NCBI GenBank assembly: GCA_009859145.1
Contig: VRVR01000014.1
Span: 3,548 to 67,547, forward strand
Direction of reading: 5' to 3'
DNA: 64,000 nucleotides
From: Andalucia godoyi And28
Taxonomy: Eukaryota; Protista; Jakobida
The notes under the pieces are model-generated. The model was not told the DNA's origin. It did no database searches and was given only the letters and a program-made list of their open reading frames with translations. Positions 42,891 through 54,586 of this stretch are shown here, one piece after another. Numbering within the stretch: the first letter of the stretch is position 1; each line of letters opens with the position of its first letter. Both the position numbers and the translations under genes were made by a program.

Positions 42891-44996
42891 ATGTCGTCAG
42901 TGAACTCTTCTGTGCAGATGGACGAGCAGCAACTTCTGGAACGCATGCGGAATTATGATGAGCTGTTGCGATCCATGGACAGCAGCCCGCTGTTTGAGCT
43001 CACATCGAAGGGAAAGGACGCTGCACCGCGTTATCTGAGTTATGAGAACAAGAATCGTGATAAGCCGACTCCCCGTGAAGAGATTTCTCAGAAGAAGTCG
43101 CAGCAGCAATCTGCGGACGTGTCTAATCGCCCGGCTTCCGCATCGAAACGACGATCGTCTGGCACGGATGAATCGATGCAATCTCCTCCGAAACGAAACA
43201 CAACTCCGTCGAGATATTTGCAGGGTTTTGAAAAGACGCTGACGATGAGAGATCAGTCGCCAAGACGCAAAGTGGAGGAAGAAAAAAGGAAGCGGGAAGA
43301 ATCGTTTGCGATTTTGCAGAAGCGGTCAGAGGCCCGGAACAATCGCAGTCCTTCAAGGAACACGGAGGATCAGAATCTCGGAAACGTCAGTGAGCGATCG
43401 TCTTCGTCGGCGAGGAAGAGAAACACGACGCCCTCCCGCTACTTGAATGGAATCACTCCGGAGCCTGGACAAATCACTCCGCGAATGGAAGTGGAGCTGA
43501 AGAGAGAAGAATCTCGGAAATCCTTGATTTCTTCCAAGCCACCGTTGCTGAGTCCTGCAAATTTGCAAAGAAGCGGAGAAGATCATGCGCCGTTGCGCTG
43601 GTCCGTTTCTGGAGGATCACTGCTTTCGCAAGTGGATGGGCCTCGGGGCTCCATGGTTGCTGCAGATGTCATGGTTCTCCGAAATGTCCGCAATCCGTCC
43701 GAAGAACTGTCAGCCGTGTTTCAAGCATACTGTCTATTGTTCGGACTGTCTCCATGCCTTCGTGCGGACCCAACCTCGCAACAGGGTCTGAAGTTGCATG
43801 ACTGGGTCACTCCATTCCGTAACGCATGTCAAAAGGCATTCCAGATGATCAAGGCACTTGCCGAGTACGATCCGCACTCCGTGTCCAAAGACGTGTTCAA
43901 GAAACTTCGCCGCGTAGTCCGTGAGCCGTTCTTTACTCCCCAGTTCTTCATGTCGCAAGGACCGGAGCCTGCTGTCAAGTTGGTCGAATTTGTGCTCGAC
44001 GTGACCAAGAAGGCTGCGATCAATCTTGGTGAGGATCCAGATGTCATTGATGTGAAGTATGCAGACAAACAACCAACCACCCCTCCGAAGAAGGTTGTGG
44101 AGCTCCTTCCCCGGGAGACAACGCCGCTGAAAGTGAACGCGTCGCTGATGTCGCCAACGTCCACCTCTCCACATGTTGTGTTTGGCTCGACAATGCCACC
44201 TGGATTTACCCCGGCGCCTCTCAGTCGCTCTCCGTCCGCGACGTCTGTGCATGCGTCTGCGAGCCGCGGTCATTCGCGGTCGACGTCGACAGGAAGCGCC
44301 ACGTCTCCCAGAGTCTTGAAATCTCCTGGACATTCAATGCCTTTCGAAGGTTCCACACAGGACACGGTTGTCGGCATCTCCGAGTCTGCATTTCGTTCCA
44401 TTGCGTCTCGATTGAGTGAACGCGACATTGCAAATCTAGCTCTGACTTGCAAGTCCTTTTTCTGCTTTGCGTGTGATCCGTCCGTGTGGGAATCGCAGAT
44501 ATTGCGAAAGTCCAAGGTCCTAGATGTTGCGGCGCAGAATAAGCAAAACGCTGCAGACATCCTGCTCGCCAAGGAGGAGCAGCGGAAAACGGTGGCGTCG
44601 CAGTTGTCGCAAGACGAAGTTGAAACACTCCAGGGATATGAAAACCCTTCAGATTCGGTGCGAGCTGTGCTGGAGTGCGTGTCGAAAGTCCTAGGTCTCG
44701 AGTCCCTCACAAGCGTTTCTGCAGCCGATGTGCACGCATCCATCCGAAATCTTGATGCAGCAGCTCTTTTGCCTTTGGAGGTGCGGTCTCGTGTTCCCCG
44801 TTCCCATGACTTGGACGAATCTGTCCTGAAAAAGACCTCACGAGTCGCTGTGATGTTTGCCAAGTGGATTGAAGCCGTTGCCGAGGTTGCCAAGTGTCTT
44901 GATGCCCAGGACGCAGCACGGGACGAGCATCGAAATGTATCTCGCGATCTCGACAAGATCAGGGTCTTTGTCACTCAACGATCTCTTTTCGAGTAG
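42891..44996 (+). CDS. Protein with two dynein microtubule-binding-domain-like modules flanking an F-box-like motif
   Basis: MTBD-like 1 (~43650-44010), F-box-like ISESAFRSIASRLSERDIANLALTCKSF...W (~44375-44490), MTBD-like 2 (~44600-44890). Confidence 0.7.
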   Translation: MSSVNSSVQMDEQQLLERMRNYDELLRSMDSSPLFELTSKGKDAAPRYLSYENKNRDKPTPREEISQKKSQQQSADVSNRPASASKRRSSGTDESMQSPPKRNTTPSRYLQGFEKTLTMRDQSPRRKVEEEKRKREESFAILQKRSEARNNRSPSRNTEDQNLGNVSERSSSSARKRNTTPSRYLNGITPEPGQITPRMEVELKREESRKSLISSKPPLLSPANLQRSGEDHAPLRWSVSGGSLLSQVDGPRGSMVAADVMVLRNVRNPSEELSAVFQAYCLLFGLSPCLRADPTSQQGLKLHDWVTPFRNACQKAFQMIKALAEYDPHSVSKDVFKKLRRVVREPFFTPQFFMSQGPEPAVKLVEFVLDVTKKAAINLGEDPDVIDVKYADKQPTTPPKKVVELLPRETTPLKVNASLMSPTSTSPHVVFGSTMPPGFTPAPLSRSPSATSVHASASRGHSRSTSTGSATSPRVLKSPGHSMPFEGSTQDTVVGISESAFRSIASRLSERDIANLALTCKSFFCFACDPSVWESQILRKSKVLDVAAQNKQNAADILLAKEEQRKTVASQLSQDEVETLQGYENPSDSVRAVLECVSKVLGLESLTSVSAADVHASIRNLDAAALLPLEVRSRVPRSHDLDESVLKKTSRVAVMFAKWIEAVAEVAKCLDAQDAARDEHRNVSRDLDKIRVFVTQRSLFE

Positions 44997-45030
44997 GCCG
45001 GATTTCCATGGCATACGCATTATTGATCCA

Positions 45031-45105
45031 TTCTTTTCCTTTTCCTTTTCCTTTTCCTTTTCCCTTTTTCCTTTTCCCTTTTCCCTTTTCCCTTTTCCCT
45101 TTTCC
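45031..45105. repeat. Polypyrimidine (TTTTCC/TTTCCC)n tract
   Basis: Direct repeat just downstream of the 42891-44996 gene. Confidence 0.85.
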
Positions 45106-45487
45106 CTGTTTTTTTAATTTAAATTGTTTTTTGGAGATGAGCCTGCAATGTGGCATGCTTGTGATGACGTCGAAATATTATCATTATCATTACTCATAAA
45201 ACTCGACATTTGGAAGCTAACGCGTCCTGTTGTGCACTGTTGTGGGAATTTCCGACTGTAGAGCGGGACTACAGGTCGGGATTATCTGAGAAGCTCGCTT
45301 CGACCTCGCATTCCTGAGTTGACGAAGAAAGAAAAACAGAAAATCCGCTTTGCTCGAATCCACAGACAACATTCCCTTCTTTTTCATTGTTCGCTCCTTT
45401 CTTCCCAGTTTTTTAAATGGTCTTCTGTCTCCTCTTTTCTTTTCTTCTTTTTTGCTAATCGCCTTATCACAGCTGGAACCTCACGTT

Positions 45488-45620
<133 letters not shown>

Positions 45621-45752
45621 TTGTTTGGGCTTTCAATTCCAGGCGTCATCCTTTCTCCTTCACTTCCTCTTCTCCTCACGGACCCACACACATTTATACA
45701 CATACGCAGACGCACTTCACTTTTAATTACGTCTTGGAAGCTTCGTGGAAAA

Positions 45753-47354
45753 ATGGGACTACTGACAAGAGGTGCGCATCCGCTTCCGTGGCATGAAGCA
45801 AAAAAGTACGCGGAATACGTCAAGCGACACGGTATCCAGCAGTTCATCAATCGGTACAACGACACAAAGTCTCTGGAAAAGAGCCAGTTTCTGTGGGGAG
45901 ATGAGATCGAGTACATTGTGGTCGTAATGGATCCGGAAACGCAGAAGCTGAAGCTCTCGCTCCGAGCACCAGAGATTCTTGAGCAGGCAGAGCAAGTTGA
46001 AAGGGCCATCGTGGAGAAGGGAGAAGTGTTGGTGACATCGTGGAAGCCAGAGTATGGTACACATATGGTGGAAGGCACGCCGGGAGCGCCGTATTGCGGA
46101 TCGATGGAGTGTTGGACGGTTGTCGAGCCCAACATGCGTGCAAGAAGAGCAGAAGTCCGAAAGTACTTGCGACCGAATGAGCACTTGATGACGCTAACAA
46201 GTTACTTTTTAATGGGAGTGGGCTTGTTCACGGAGCCTGCATACCCTGCTGGGGGGCCTGTGACGCAGAGTCTGTATGTTCCCGATGAGATCATCAATCC
46301 GCATCCGCGGTTCCCCACGCTGACTGCAAATATTCGAGAACGGCGCGGCGAAAAGGTCAACATCTTGGTGCCCATTATGCTGGAAGAAAAAGAGGAAGAA
46401 ATCGACTTTGCTCCTGATGCTTCGGTTGGTGCTATAGCGAGTGGACGGGATGTTTCTACTAACGGGCGGTGCTCCCCGAAAAAGGAGTCGAGTCCACCGC
46501 GGTCTGCATCTCCTGCAGACGGTATTGTGCTCAGAAAGTCGACTTCAACAACGTCGTTTGATGCCACGGAGCCCAATTTCCTGTCTCATTATTTTCCGAG
46601 TTCGGACGACAATAATCGGGCGTTTCAACGAAGGATCTCTCGCGAGATCTCGACTTCTCCAATCTCACAGATCAACGACGGGCTCTCCTTTCCAAGATCC
46701 GTCATGACAGATCTTCCTACACCCACGATCATGCCGGGCATTCCCCCTTCAGTCCACATGGATTGCATGGCTTTTGGGATGGGGATGTGCTGTCTGCAAG
46801 TCACCTTGCAAACGAGACACATTGGCGAAGCTCGTTTCCTGTACGACCAATTGGCTGTCCTGTGCCCCATTTTCTTGGCACTCACTGCTGCAACTCCCAT
46901 TCTTCGAGGTTACCTTGTTGATACAGATGCTAGGTGGCACGTGATTTCGGCATCTGTCGACGATCGGACTGTTTGCGAGCGGTCGTGTGATGACGCCGCG
47001 TGCTTCATCCCAAAGTCACGATACGATTCCATTTCGACCTACATCTGCAGCCGCTCTGCGATGAAGGAAGAATACAACGATATTCCACTCGTGTACAACA
47101 AGGAGTACTACCAAATGCTCCGTGATGCCGGCATTGACCACCTACTTGCACGACACATTGCGCATTTGTTCATCCGAGATCCGTTGGTCGTTTACGAAGA
47201 CCGTCTTGAGCAAAACGACGCGTCTTCCATGGACCATTTTGAAAATATTCAGTCGACGAACTGGCAGACGATGCGGTTCAAACCACCACCTATTGGAAGG
47301 TACGTTTTTTGGATTAATATTCCCTTTTTCTTTCTTGTTTTTTCTCTTCTGTCG

Positions 47355-47394
<40 letters not shown>

Positions 47395-48248
47395 ATTCAA
47401 GGGATCATCTGTTAGGCAGGTTTCGCGAGTCGTGGAAATTCATTGCAAAGGCAGTCCCGAGATTTTTTTCCCCATTCTCCGCTTCTTCTTCTTCTTCTTC
47501 CTTTTTTTCTTCTTCTTCTTGAATGTATATGCGGTGATCTAACTTGTTTATGACATGTAGTGATATCGGTTGGCGAGTGGAATTCCGGGTGATGGAGGTC
47601 CAGCTGACAGACTTTGAAAATGCAGCGTTCTCTGTGTTCCTGGTGCTTCTGACTCGGGTGATGTTGGCGCTGAATCTGGACTTCTACATTCCCATTTCCA
47701 AGGTTGATATCAATATGGCTCGGGGGCATCTGCGCGATGCCGTGCTCAATCAAAAGTTTTATTTCCGCCGCAATGTGTTTTCTCCAACTCCTCCGACTCA
47801 CGATTCTCCGGATCAAGAGGAATCCGTTGCTGCGGACATTGTGGAGATGTCCATTGACGAAATTATGAACGGGTCGGTCTGCGGTATGTTTCCTGGCCTC
47901 GTTCCGATTGTTCGCAACTATCTCCGAACTGTGCAGGTGTCTGCCGAAACGTCCGAGATGCTGGAGCGGTACATGACACTGATCTCCAAACGAGCATCTG
48001 GCGAATTGATGACGTCCGCATCGTTTATGCGCGCATTTGTGCGTGGCCACGAGGCGTACCAACAGGACTCTCGACTCAACGAACAAATTGCGTGGGATCT
48101 GATGGAGATCTGCAGAAGGATTGGGGAAGGCGAAGTAAACCCTTCGGAACTCCTCGGCAATCTCCACATTCCAAAGATGAGAAGCGACATTTGCCGAGGT
48201 GCGCTCGTTTCGCGTCCTTGCTTGATTACGGACGGACCAATCTCCTAA
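45753..48248 (+). CDS. GCLC: Glutamate-cysteine ligase catalytic subunit (animal/fungal type), 2 exons
   Basis: MGLLT.G..L.W, FLWGDEIEY, WKPEYG..MVEGTPG, HPRFPTLTANIRERRG, MDCMAFGMGMCCLQVT, FENIQSTNWQTMRFKPPP/SDIGWRVEFR across intron 47300-47560. Confidence 0.95.
47300..47560 (+). other. Spliceosomal intron, 261 nt, phase 2
   Basis: GTACGT...ATCTAAC...TAG; splicing gives KPPPIGSDIGWRVEFR; contains (GT)n and (TTC)n tracts. Confidence 0.92.
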
Positions 48249-48400
48249 GGATCGTGCCTCTGCGATAGGCTGATTTCGAATAATTCTTTCTTTCTCCTTC
48301 ATTTTATGTATTTAAAATAAAATACAACAAAAAAAGAGTTTTGTTTGTCGCTTGCAGAGAGACTGTCTGGCATGAAACGACATGCATGTCCAAAAAAGCA

Positions 48401-48930
48401 CGCCTACATTGCATATTAACCACGGATAATCATCGCTGATCACCCATAATCAATGTTGCAACCCAACAACATGCATAGCATGATTGGGAAGGGGGGTAGG
48501 CCCCCAACACGCCCCTCGGCATGAGAGACGCTCTTAAAATAGATGCTGCGTTGCATGGGCAATAACAATAAAAATAAGAAAATGAAATGAGCGTCGCTGT
48601 GCGAGAATGCAACGCGGCGGTGTGTTTATAGGGATTTCATGATCACAATCGGGCAAAACGAATCGGGCATCGTGTGACGGAGTTGCCAAGATAGCAAACG
48701 CATGCGCATGGGCGCGTGGCAGTGTTTTGTTTGCGTGCGCTTTAGATTGCTTCATCATATCGCAAATAGTGGCAGCGGTCCTCCAATTCCATGTCGTCCT
48801 CTTAGATGGAAATGCAATTTGATGAAATGCCCGGAACAGTCTCTTGACAGACGCTGCACGGCGGAGGTGGCAGTACGCCGAAGCGTTCTTCCAATAGATT
48901 GGGCCGCGCACCATTTTTCCAATCTCGATC
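48401..48930 (+). ncRNA. Candidate structured element, copy 3 (core 48401-48547 plus displaced downstream motif 48904-48930)
   Basis: CGCCTACAT...TTGCAAC...AAGGGGGGTAGGCCCCCAACACGCC...CTCTTAAAATAGATGCT; later CCGCGCACCATTTTTCCAATCTCGATC matches copy 1 CCGCGCTCCGTTCCCAATCTCGATC. Confidence 0.5.
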
Positions 48931-49051
48931 CAGACATGCGTCGGAAGTTATGGAAAAGGGCGAACGGAATAGCATTGTTTGAAATTTCTTGATGAGTTGC
49001 GTTGTAAGGATATCCAGATGGAACATCTGGAAAAAATGAGCTATGGTTTGA

Positions 49052-50038
49052 TTATGATGCGAGCAGGGCGATGGATGTCAAGGGGTCGCTTGCTTGTTGA
49101 GATGGTTCCTCCAACCCAGCCTTGTCCGAGTCATGTAAGAACGGCAGGACTTCTTGCGCAATTGTTTTGGAGTCCTCCAGGCAGAATGCGTGCTTGACTC
49201 CATGCTTGTCCAGATAAATATGTTCATGCTTTGGAAATCGGCTCTTCACGTCTTCAAAGAACTCAATTGGAACCCACCCATCGTCCTTTGTGTAGTAAAA
49301 CACAATCTTATCCAAATGCTTTTCAAGAGTTTGATGATCCAAGTGTCGGACAATGTGGAATTCCGTAACAGTCAAGTAGAGAATATTCATAATCGTGGAG
49401 TACGAAAACAACCGCTCCACGGAACCCGGACAGTCCTTGATCTTCGGGCCAAACAACTTCACGAGCCCTCGCTTGAAGACATTTGGTGTCCAGGAAATGA
49501 ATCCTCCAATACCAGCAACCAGGTGGCGAAACCCTGGCTTTATGAGAACGTTGATTGCGCCTGCTTGTTCTCTAAGATGACGCAGAGCTGGAAACAGCAG
49601 GAAGCAGCGAGCAAGTTCAAACCGATCCGACGCAATTCGGAGAACTTCCTTGATCATAAACGATCCAATGGAGTGTCCTGCAAGATAGAACTTGGCGTCT
49701 GGATGAGTGGCCTTCAAATGCTCAATTGCTTCTACCTTGTGTTGTACTTGCTCAGGAAGCGAGAATTGGCGTCCGTTGTTTTTGGATTCAGAAGAATGTC
49801 CAGTCAGCCCAATGCCGATGACTCCAATGTTCGGGCGTTCTTCTTGAATGTGGAGAAGAAACTTTTCGTAAAAGTGCACAAGACCTGGATTTCCAGGAAC
49901 AAACATCAGAATTGACTTGACACGCTCTGTCTCGGAGGCAGGAGCGAGAATCCGTGGATGAAAATGCACAAATTCGACATGCACGTCCGATTCTGGAAGA
50001 TGCAAAAAGCCGTAAACTGGAGAAAAGGAGAGTGCCAT
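49052..50038 (-). CDS. LDAH: Lipid droplet-associated hydrolase (alpha/beta hydrolase)
   Basis: FVPGNPGLVHFY..FL, GHS, SLPEQVQHK, GHSIGS nucleophile, DGWVP, HAFC. Confidence 0.85.
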   Translation of the reverse strand: MALSFSPVYGFLHLPESDVHVEFVHFHPRILAPASETERVKSILMFVPGNPGLVHFYEKFLLHIQEERPNIGVIGIGLTGHSSESKNNGRQFSLPEQVQHKVEAIEHLKATHPDAKFYLAGHSIGSFMIKEVLRIASDRFELARCFLLFPALRHLREQAGAINVLIKPGFRHLVAGIGGFISWTPNVFKRGLVKLFGPKIKDCPGSVERLFSYSTIMNILYLTVTEFHIVRHLDHQTLEKHLDKIVFYYTKDDGWVPIEFFEDVKSRFPKHEHIYLDKHGVKHAFCLEDSKTIAQEVLPFLHDSDKAGLEEPSQQASDPLTSIALLAS

Positions 50039-50585
50039 GGTGCCGTTGGACGATGTTTTTTTAATGAATCGATGCAGATAGCGTTGCGAAACGAGAGACA
50101 CTGATGCCCGTTGATACCGAGATATGAACATGAAGAAGGAAGAAGAGTCTGTGAACGGAGGAACGAACAAAAAAATCATTTAGAAAGAGAAGTCTGAGAC
50201 AGCAGTCAGTTTGTGCGGGGAAATGAGCGAGTTTTAGGAAGCAAAGGCTGACATCAAACCGGACCGCCGCGTTTTTGGTTTATTTATTTGTTATGATAAT
50301 GTATATATATATACAAATACACCGGTATGGATGTGTATTTTTCATTCCGTGGAGCTGTCAAAGTTGAGGGCTGTTTTTTTAACTTGGAAAGTAGGTAGTG
50401 CAGGGCGTGTGCCATGTGGACAACGCTTCTGACCGTTTCTCACGCAGGCGGCAACAAGCAACAAGCATGAACGCACGCAAGCAACAACAAGCAAACGAAA
50501 TGAGAATCCGGAGTTGTTCTCTTATCCAAATTGTTCAGACGCTAATTTTTGGGACGCTGCAACCTCCTTTGTCTTTTTTTGTCTT

Positions 50586-50734
50586 ATGGTGCGCGCAACA
50601 ACATTTACGTTAAGAACGCCGGCAAGGCGTGTTGGGGCCTACCCCCCTTTCCGCCCCATGTATAATGGCGTGGTTGCAAGGCTGATTACGCATGACTAGC
50701 GATGACCATGCATACGCAATGTACAATGTAGGCG
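50586..50734 (-). ncRNA. Candidate structured element, copy 4 (core only)
   Basis: Minus strand CGCCTACAT...TTGCAAC...AAAGGGGGGTAGGCCCCAACACGCCTTGCCGGCGTTCTTAACGTAAATGT...GCGCGCACCAT. Confidence 0.5.
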
Positions 50735-50778
50735 TCTGGATAAAGAAGAAAATAGTTAAAAATAACAATAATGTACAA

Positions 50779-52880
50779 TCACTGCTGCGAGTCAGACGAT
50801 TGGAGTTTGGAATACGAGTTGGAGACGAAGACCTCGGCGAGTTTTGACGAGACACGTTGGCCTACGCACAGCGAACCGCTTCGAAGTCCGCTGACGAGAG
50901 ATTCTGCATCCTGCTTGGACTTTTTCAGATAGGCTGTCCAGAGATTCGACGGAGTACCGTACTTGTCGGCGACCAACTCGGCCCGAACACCCGAACATCC
51001 CTTTATCGTTGCAATTTGCTTGCGGAAGAACTCCTGGAAACGCATGTGTTTCGTTTTGTTCATTGTTTCTGAAAAGTGATCAAACGGCAGCTCCAAGCAC
51101 TTATCCAATAAATCGTTGTTGGAGTGCAGCGAGGCTAGGATGAATCGATGGTACCGCGACAAAAAGTCGACTGTTTCACGAGAGCTTCTTGTATTCCGAA
51201 CGTAGAAGCCATCAACTCCCTGCGTGGTCATCGCGGCAGTCATCAGTGGTTGTGGCTCGGGAACATCCATCCATTTCCCCTCAAGAAGATATATCACGTG
51301 ACCGATACCAGAACGCCGCAACCGAGACTTTTGCTCCTGATACCGACCGTCCTTGATAGAGCAATCGAGATCAGCTATTGTCTTGCGTTCAATAATGAAC
51401 GGGGCAACATACTCGGTGGGCTGGCCGTCCAATTGCACAACCCAAGCAATATCTCCAATCTCCAATGCACGGCGCTCTACAGGCACACCAGCCGCCAAAA
51501 GCTCCGAAAAGAAATACGACCTGTCCGTTTTACCCCTCTTTTCCCGACAATCCAAAATCATCTTCAGCTCGATACGCCGACTTGTCATGTATCGTTCCAC
51601 GTCTCCGAGAGCCGCAAGGTCGCGAAGCGTAGGGATGAGAGCAGGAGGATCATCTTGGGCATTGGAAAACCTCTGTGGATTCAAAAAACAATCCTCGCCG
51701 TACTTTGCCACGTCAAACTGCGGAATCGCATCCGTCGCAAGAATGTTTTCGATCGAGAAGCACTCGGTGGATTCGCCGTGATCAGCACGCTCGCGAGACA
51801 ATACTGGTGGAATGTCACTTCTAGAACCAGCAAGCGAAGACAATGCACCATACGAGAACGCCGACGAGGACGACGAAGGAAACGAGCAGACAGAAGAAGA
51901 AAGCGACAATGAGGAGGAGGAGGAGGAAGAAGAAGAAGAAAATGTCGTAGAGGTACTCGGCCTCTTTGAATCGCTGTCACACGCAGGAACCAAAGTCGAA
52001 TGATATCTTGGAATCATGGACGCAGAACTGCCGTCACGCGAAGTCGGTGCAGGTGGTTTGACAGTATTGGTGAACGATTGCGCAGCCGGGATTGCAGGGA
52101 TTGCAGCAGACAGCAATTCTTGGTTAGCAGAAAGCGTGGCCAAGATGGACTTTCCGACGATGAGACCTGCGTCGGTGATGGAGTATCGAGGGGGGTTTCC
52201 TTCCCGAGCGCAGAGTCCCTTTTCGACAAGCGTCTTCACAGAGGACCATGCGCCATAATATTGGTCCTGACCTGCAGGCAGCATATCCGTGTCGCAAAAC
52301 GGCTGCGAAAGTTGAATTACTTCTTCTTTGCGATACACCAATGATCCTCGCTCTTCAAACGCTTCTGTCAACGCCCGAAGGATAGCCCACGCACCGCTTC
52401 TTGGCTTCGGAACATACGCGCGCGCACCTGTCGACTTCTTCTTCGTCGTCGTCACCGACGCACTTCCACTGTTCTGATCACCCGCAGCTGCACAGCTTCC
52501 AACGGAGTCCGCTTCCGACACTCGTGATTTCTGCGAGTACCCAACGGAATCCTGCGAAACATAGGGATTCGAGATATCGGCCAAAGGACCCATTACCCCA
52601 TTTGAAACGACCCTTTGCGACGACACACTCTCATCCACGACAGGCATTCCCAAGAACTCCATGATCTTTTTTGCGATAAATGGGCCAATGTTCTCTATTG
52701 CCCGAGCCTGGTCATAGTTTGAAATCGGAAATGCCACTTTGGTAACGGACTTGATTGCCTTGTTCCACGTATGAACAAGCTTGTTATTCGGGTTTGCAGC
52801 AATCCTGTCTCTCTCTTCCTTCATCTTTGCAAGCAATCCTTCATTTGGTGGCGCTGTTCGACCACCAGTTGACAACACCA

Positions 52881-52911
<31 letters not shown>

Positions 52912-53022
52912 CGACAAGGAATGTGATGATCGTGACACTTTTGGAGCTGGTGGTCCCGCGCTTCCCAAGACCGCGTTTCCATACCCCGAAAACTGACCTC
53001 CTCGAAATGGATCGCCGCTCAT
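50779..53022 (-). CDS. MUS81: Crossover junction endonuclease Mus81
   Basis: N-terminal HhH (IENIGPFIAKKI), winged helix (YVPKPRSGAWAIL), ERCC4 nuclease (LDCRE...LEIGD...IERK..DLDCSIKDGRYQEQKSRL), C-terminal HhH. Confidence 0.93.
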
Positions 53023-53284
53023 TGCAGGACCGAACAGAAGAATCTACTGGTCATACAAGCATGCACCGTGCTGTTGCTGTTCGGCCATGCAGCAATCACC
53101 ATTCTTTCTCACTCACACACTCACAACAGGGTGCAATGGTTGGCCCGAGACTGTCTGATCGAGCAGCAAACCCACGAAACCAAAAAGCCTAGTATCAATT
53201 GAGACTTTCCAAACAGAAAAACAACAACAACAGCAACAAACAAACAGACAGAAGCACTATGAAATAATGTTTATGTTTGTTGTT

Positions 53285-53938
53285 CTATTGACATTTCTGA
53301 AACTTTGAGCCGCATGCGATCCAAGTGATGACGAAAATGGTGGCTCCCACAACGCCGACGATCAGAAGGGTAAGCTTGGCGTTTTTCCACCACATCGCTC
53401 GTTTGAGTGCGGAGCCTTGTTTTCGGAAAGCACCGGCGTTGCGAGTGAGATCGTCGCTTTTTTCAACAAGGACCTGAAGTTTTTCTTCTCTTTCCAGCAC
53501 CATATCGATGTTCTTGACCATGACATTCTTCACTTCATCGATTTGGTTCTTCACCGTTGTCAGCTTGTCAGCGTTTGGATTTGTGGAAAAGTAATTCATC
53601 TGCGTTTTGAGCACTTTGGAAAACTCGTCTTGCATCGTAAACGCAAGCGCCTGGGAGCCCCGTGCGCCAAACTGAGCAATCCAGCGCCCTCGTACATCCT
53701 TCAGAAACGCAAATGCAACTCTTCTCGAAAAGTCCTGGGATGACATGCACATGAAACAAAGCCCGTCCTCCACAATGTAGTGGAACATGTACTCCTCATA
53801 CACATACGACATCATTGAATTCGTCGAGGGAATCTTTGCCAATATCCGCTCGCAAATTGCATCCATGTTTCCTTTTGTCGAGGAATGCTGCGCCAACACA
53901 GTCGTTTGACGCGCAACAACCGCATATAATATCGACAT
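53285..53938 (-). CDS. VAMP7: Longin R-SNARE
   Basis: MSILYAVVAR longin domain, SNARE motif (VKNVMVKNIDMVLEREEKLQVLVEKSDDL), C-terminal TM helix. Confidence 0.92.
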   Translation of the reverse strand: MSILYAVVARQTTVLAQHSSTKGNMDAICERILAKIPSTNSMMSYVYEEYMFHYIVEDGLCFMCMSSQDFSRRVAFAFLKDVRGRWIAQFGARGSQALAFTMQDEFSKVLKTQMNYFSTNPNADKLTTVKNQIDEVKNVMVKNIDMVLEREEKLQVLVEKSDDLTRNAGAFRKQGSALKRAMWWKNAKLTLLIVGVVGATIFVITWIACGSKFQKCQ

Positions 53939-54586
53939 GCTGATGGTTCGACAAGCGTGTGAATGCGCAGCTTTTTTTGTGTGTGCAAAGGGAGCAGAGG
54001 AACGGGAGGGAACGGGCAGAGAAGAGAGTTTGGAAAAAAGAAGAAGGGGGAGACGATCAAACACAAATACAATCAAAGCACGGAGAAGAGAAGAGAAGAG
54101 AAGAGAAGCAAAAACCTTCCTAACAAATTAATAATTTAAAAAAGAGGAGAGAAGAATATACAGTCAGAAAGCCGCAGTTCGACAATGGGCGAAAATGTGG
54201 AAAAACACTGGAAAGATTCACCACTTTTAACAGAGAAAAGAAAAAAGGGAAATCCCCGCTGCTCACAACAATGCAACTTTTGATGGTAGAAGTTGCCGCG
54301 TGCTCTAGAATCAAGTCGTCGGATTGAAAAAATACCCGAAAATGCCCCGCTCCGCAGTTCTCCGATTTCGCTCTGAATTCCGACAAGGAGAGAGAGGTCA
54401 GGTCAGTTTGGGAAAAGTGCCCTTTGGAGAAAAGGGGTGTTGGAGAATGGACCGGTCAGTCAGTCGGATTTTCCTTTTCTTTTTTCTCTCTTCGATTTGT
54501 TTTGTGCTGTTTCTTTCTTTCTTTGGTGTTTGTTGTAGTATTAATACACATTATTATTACTGCAACGTTTAAAAAACAACGCAAGA

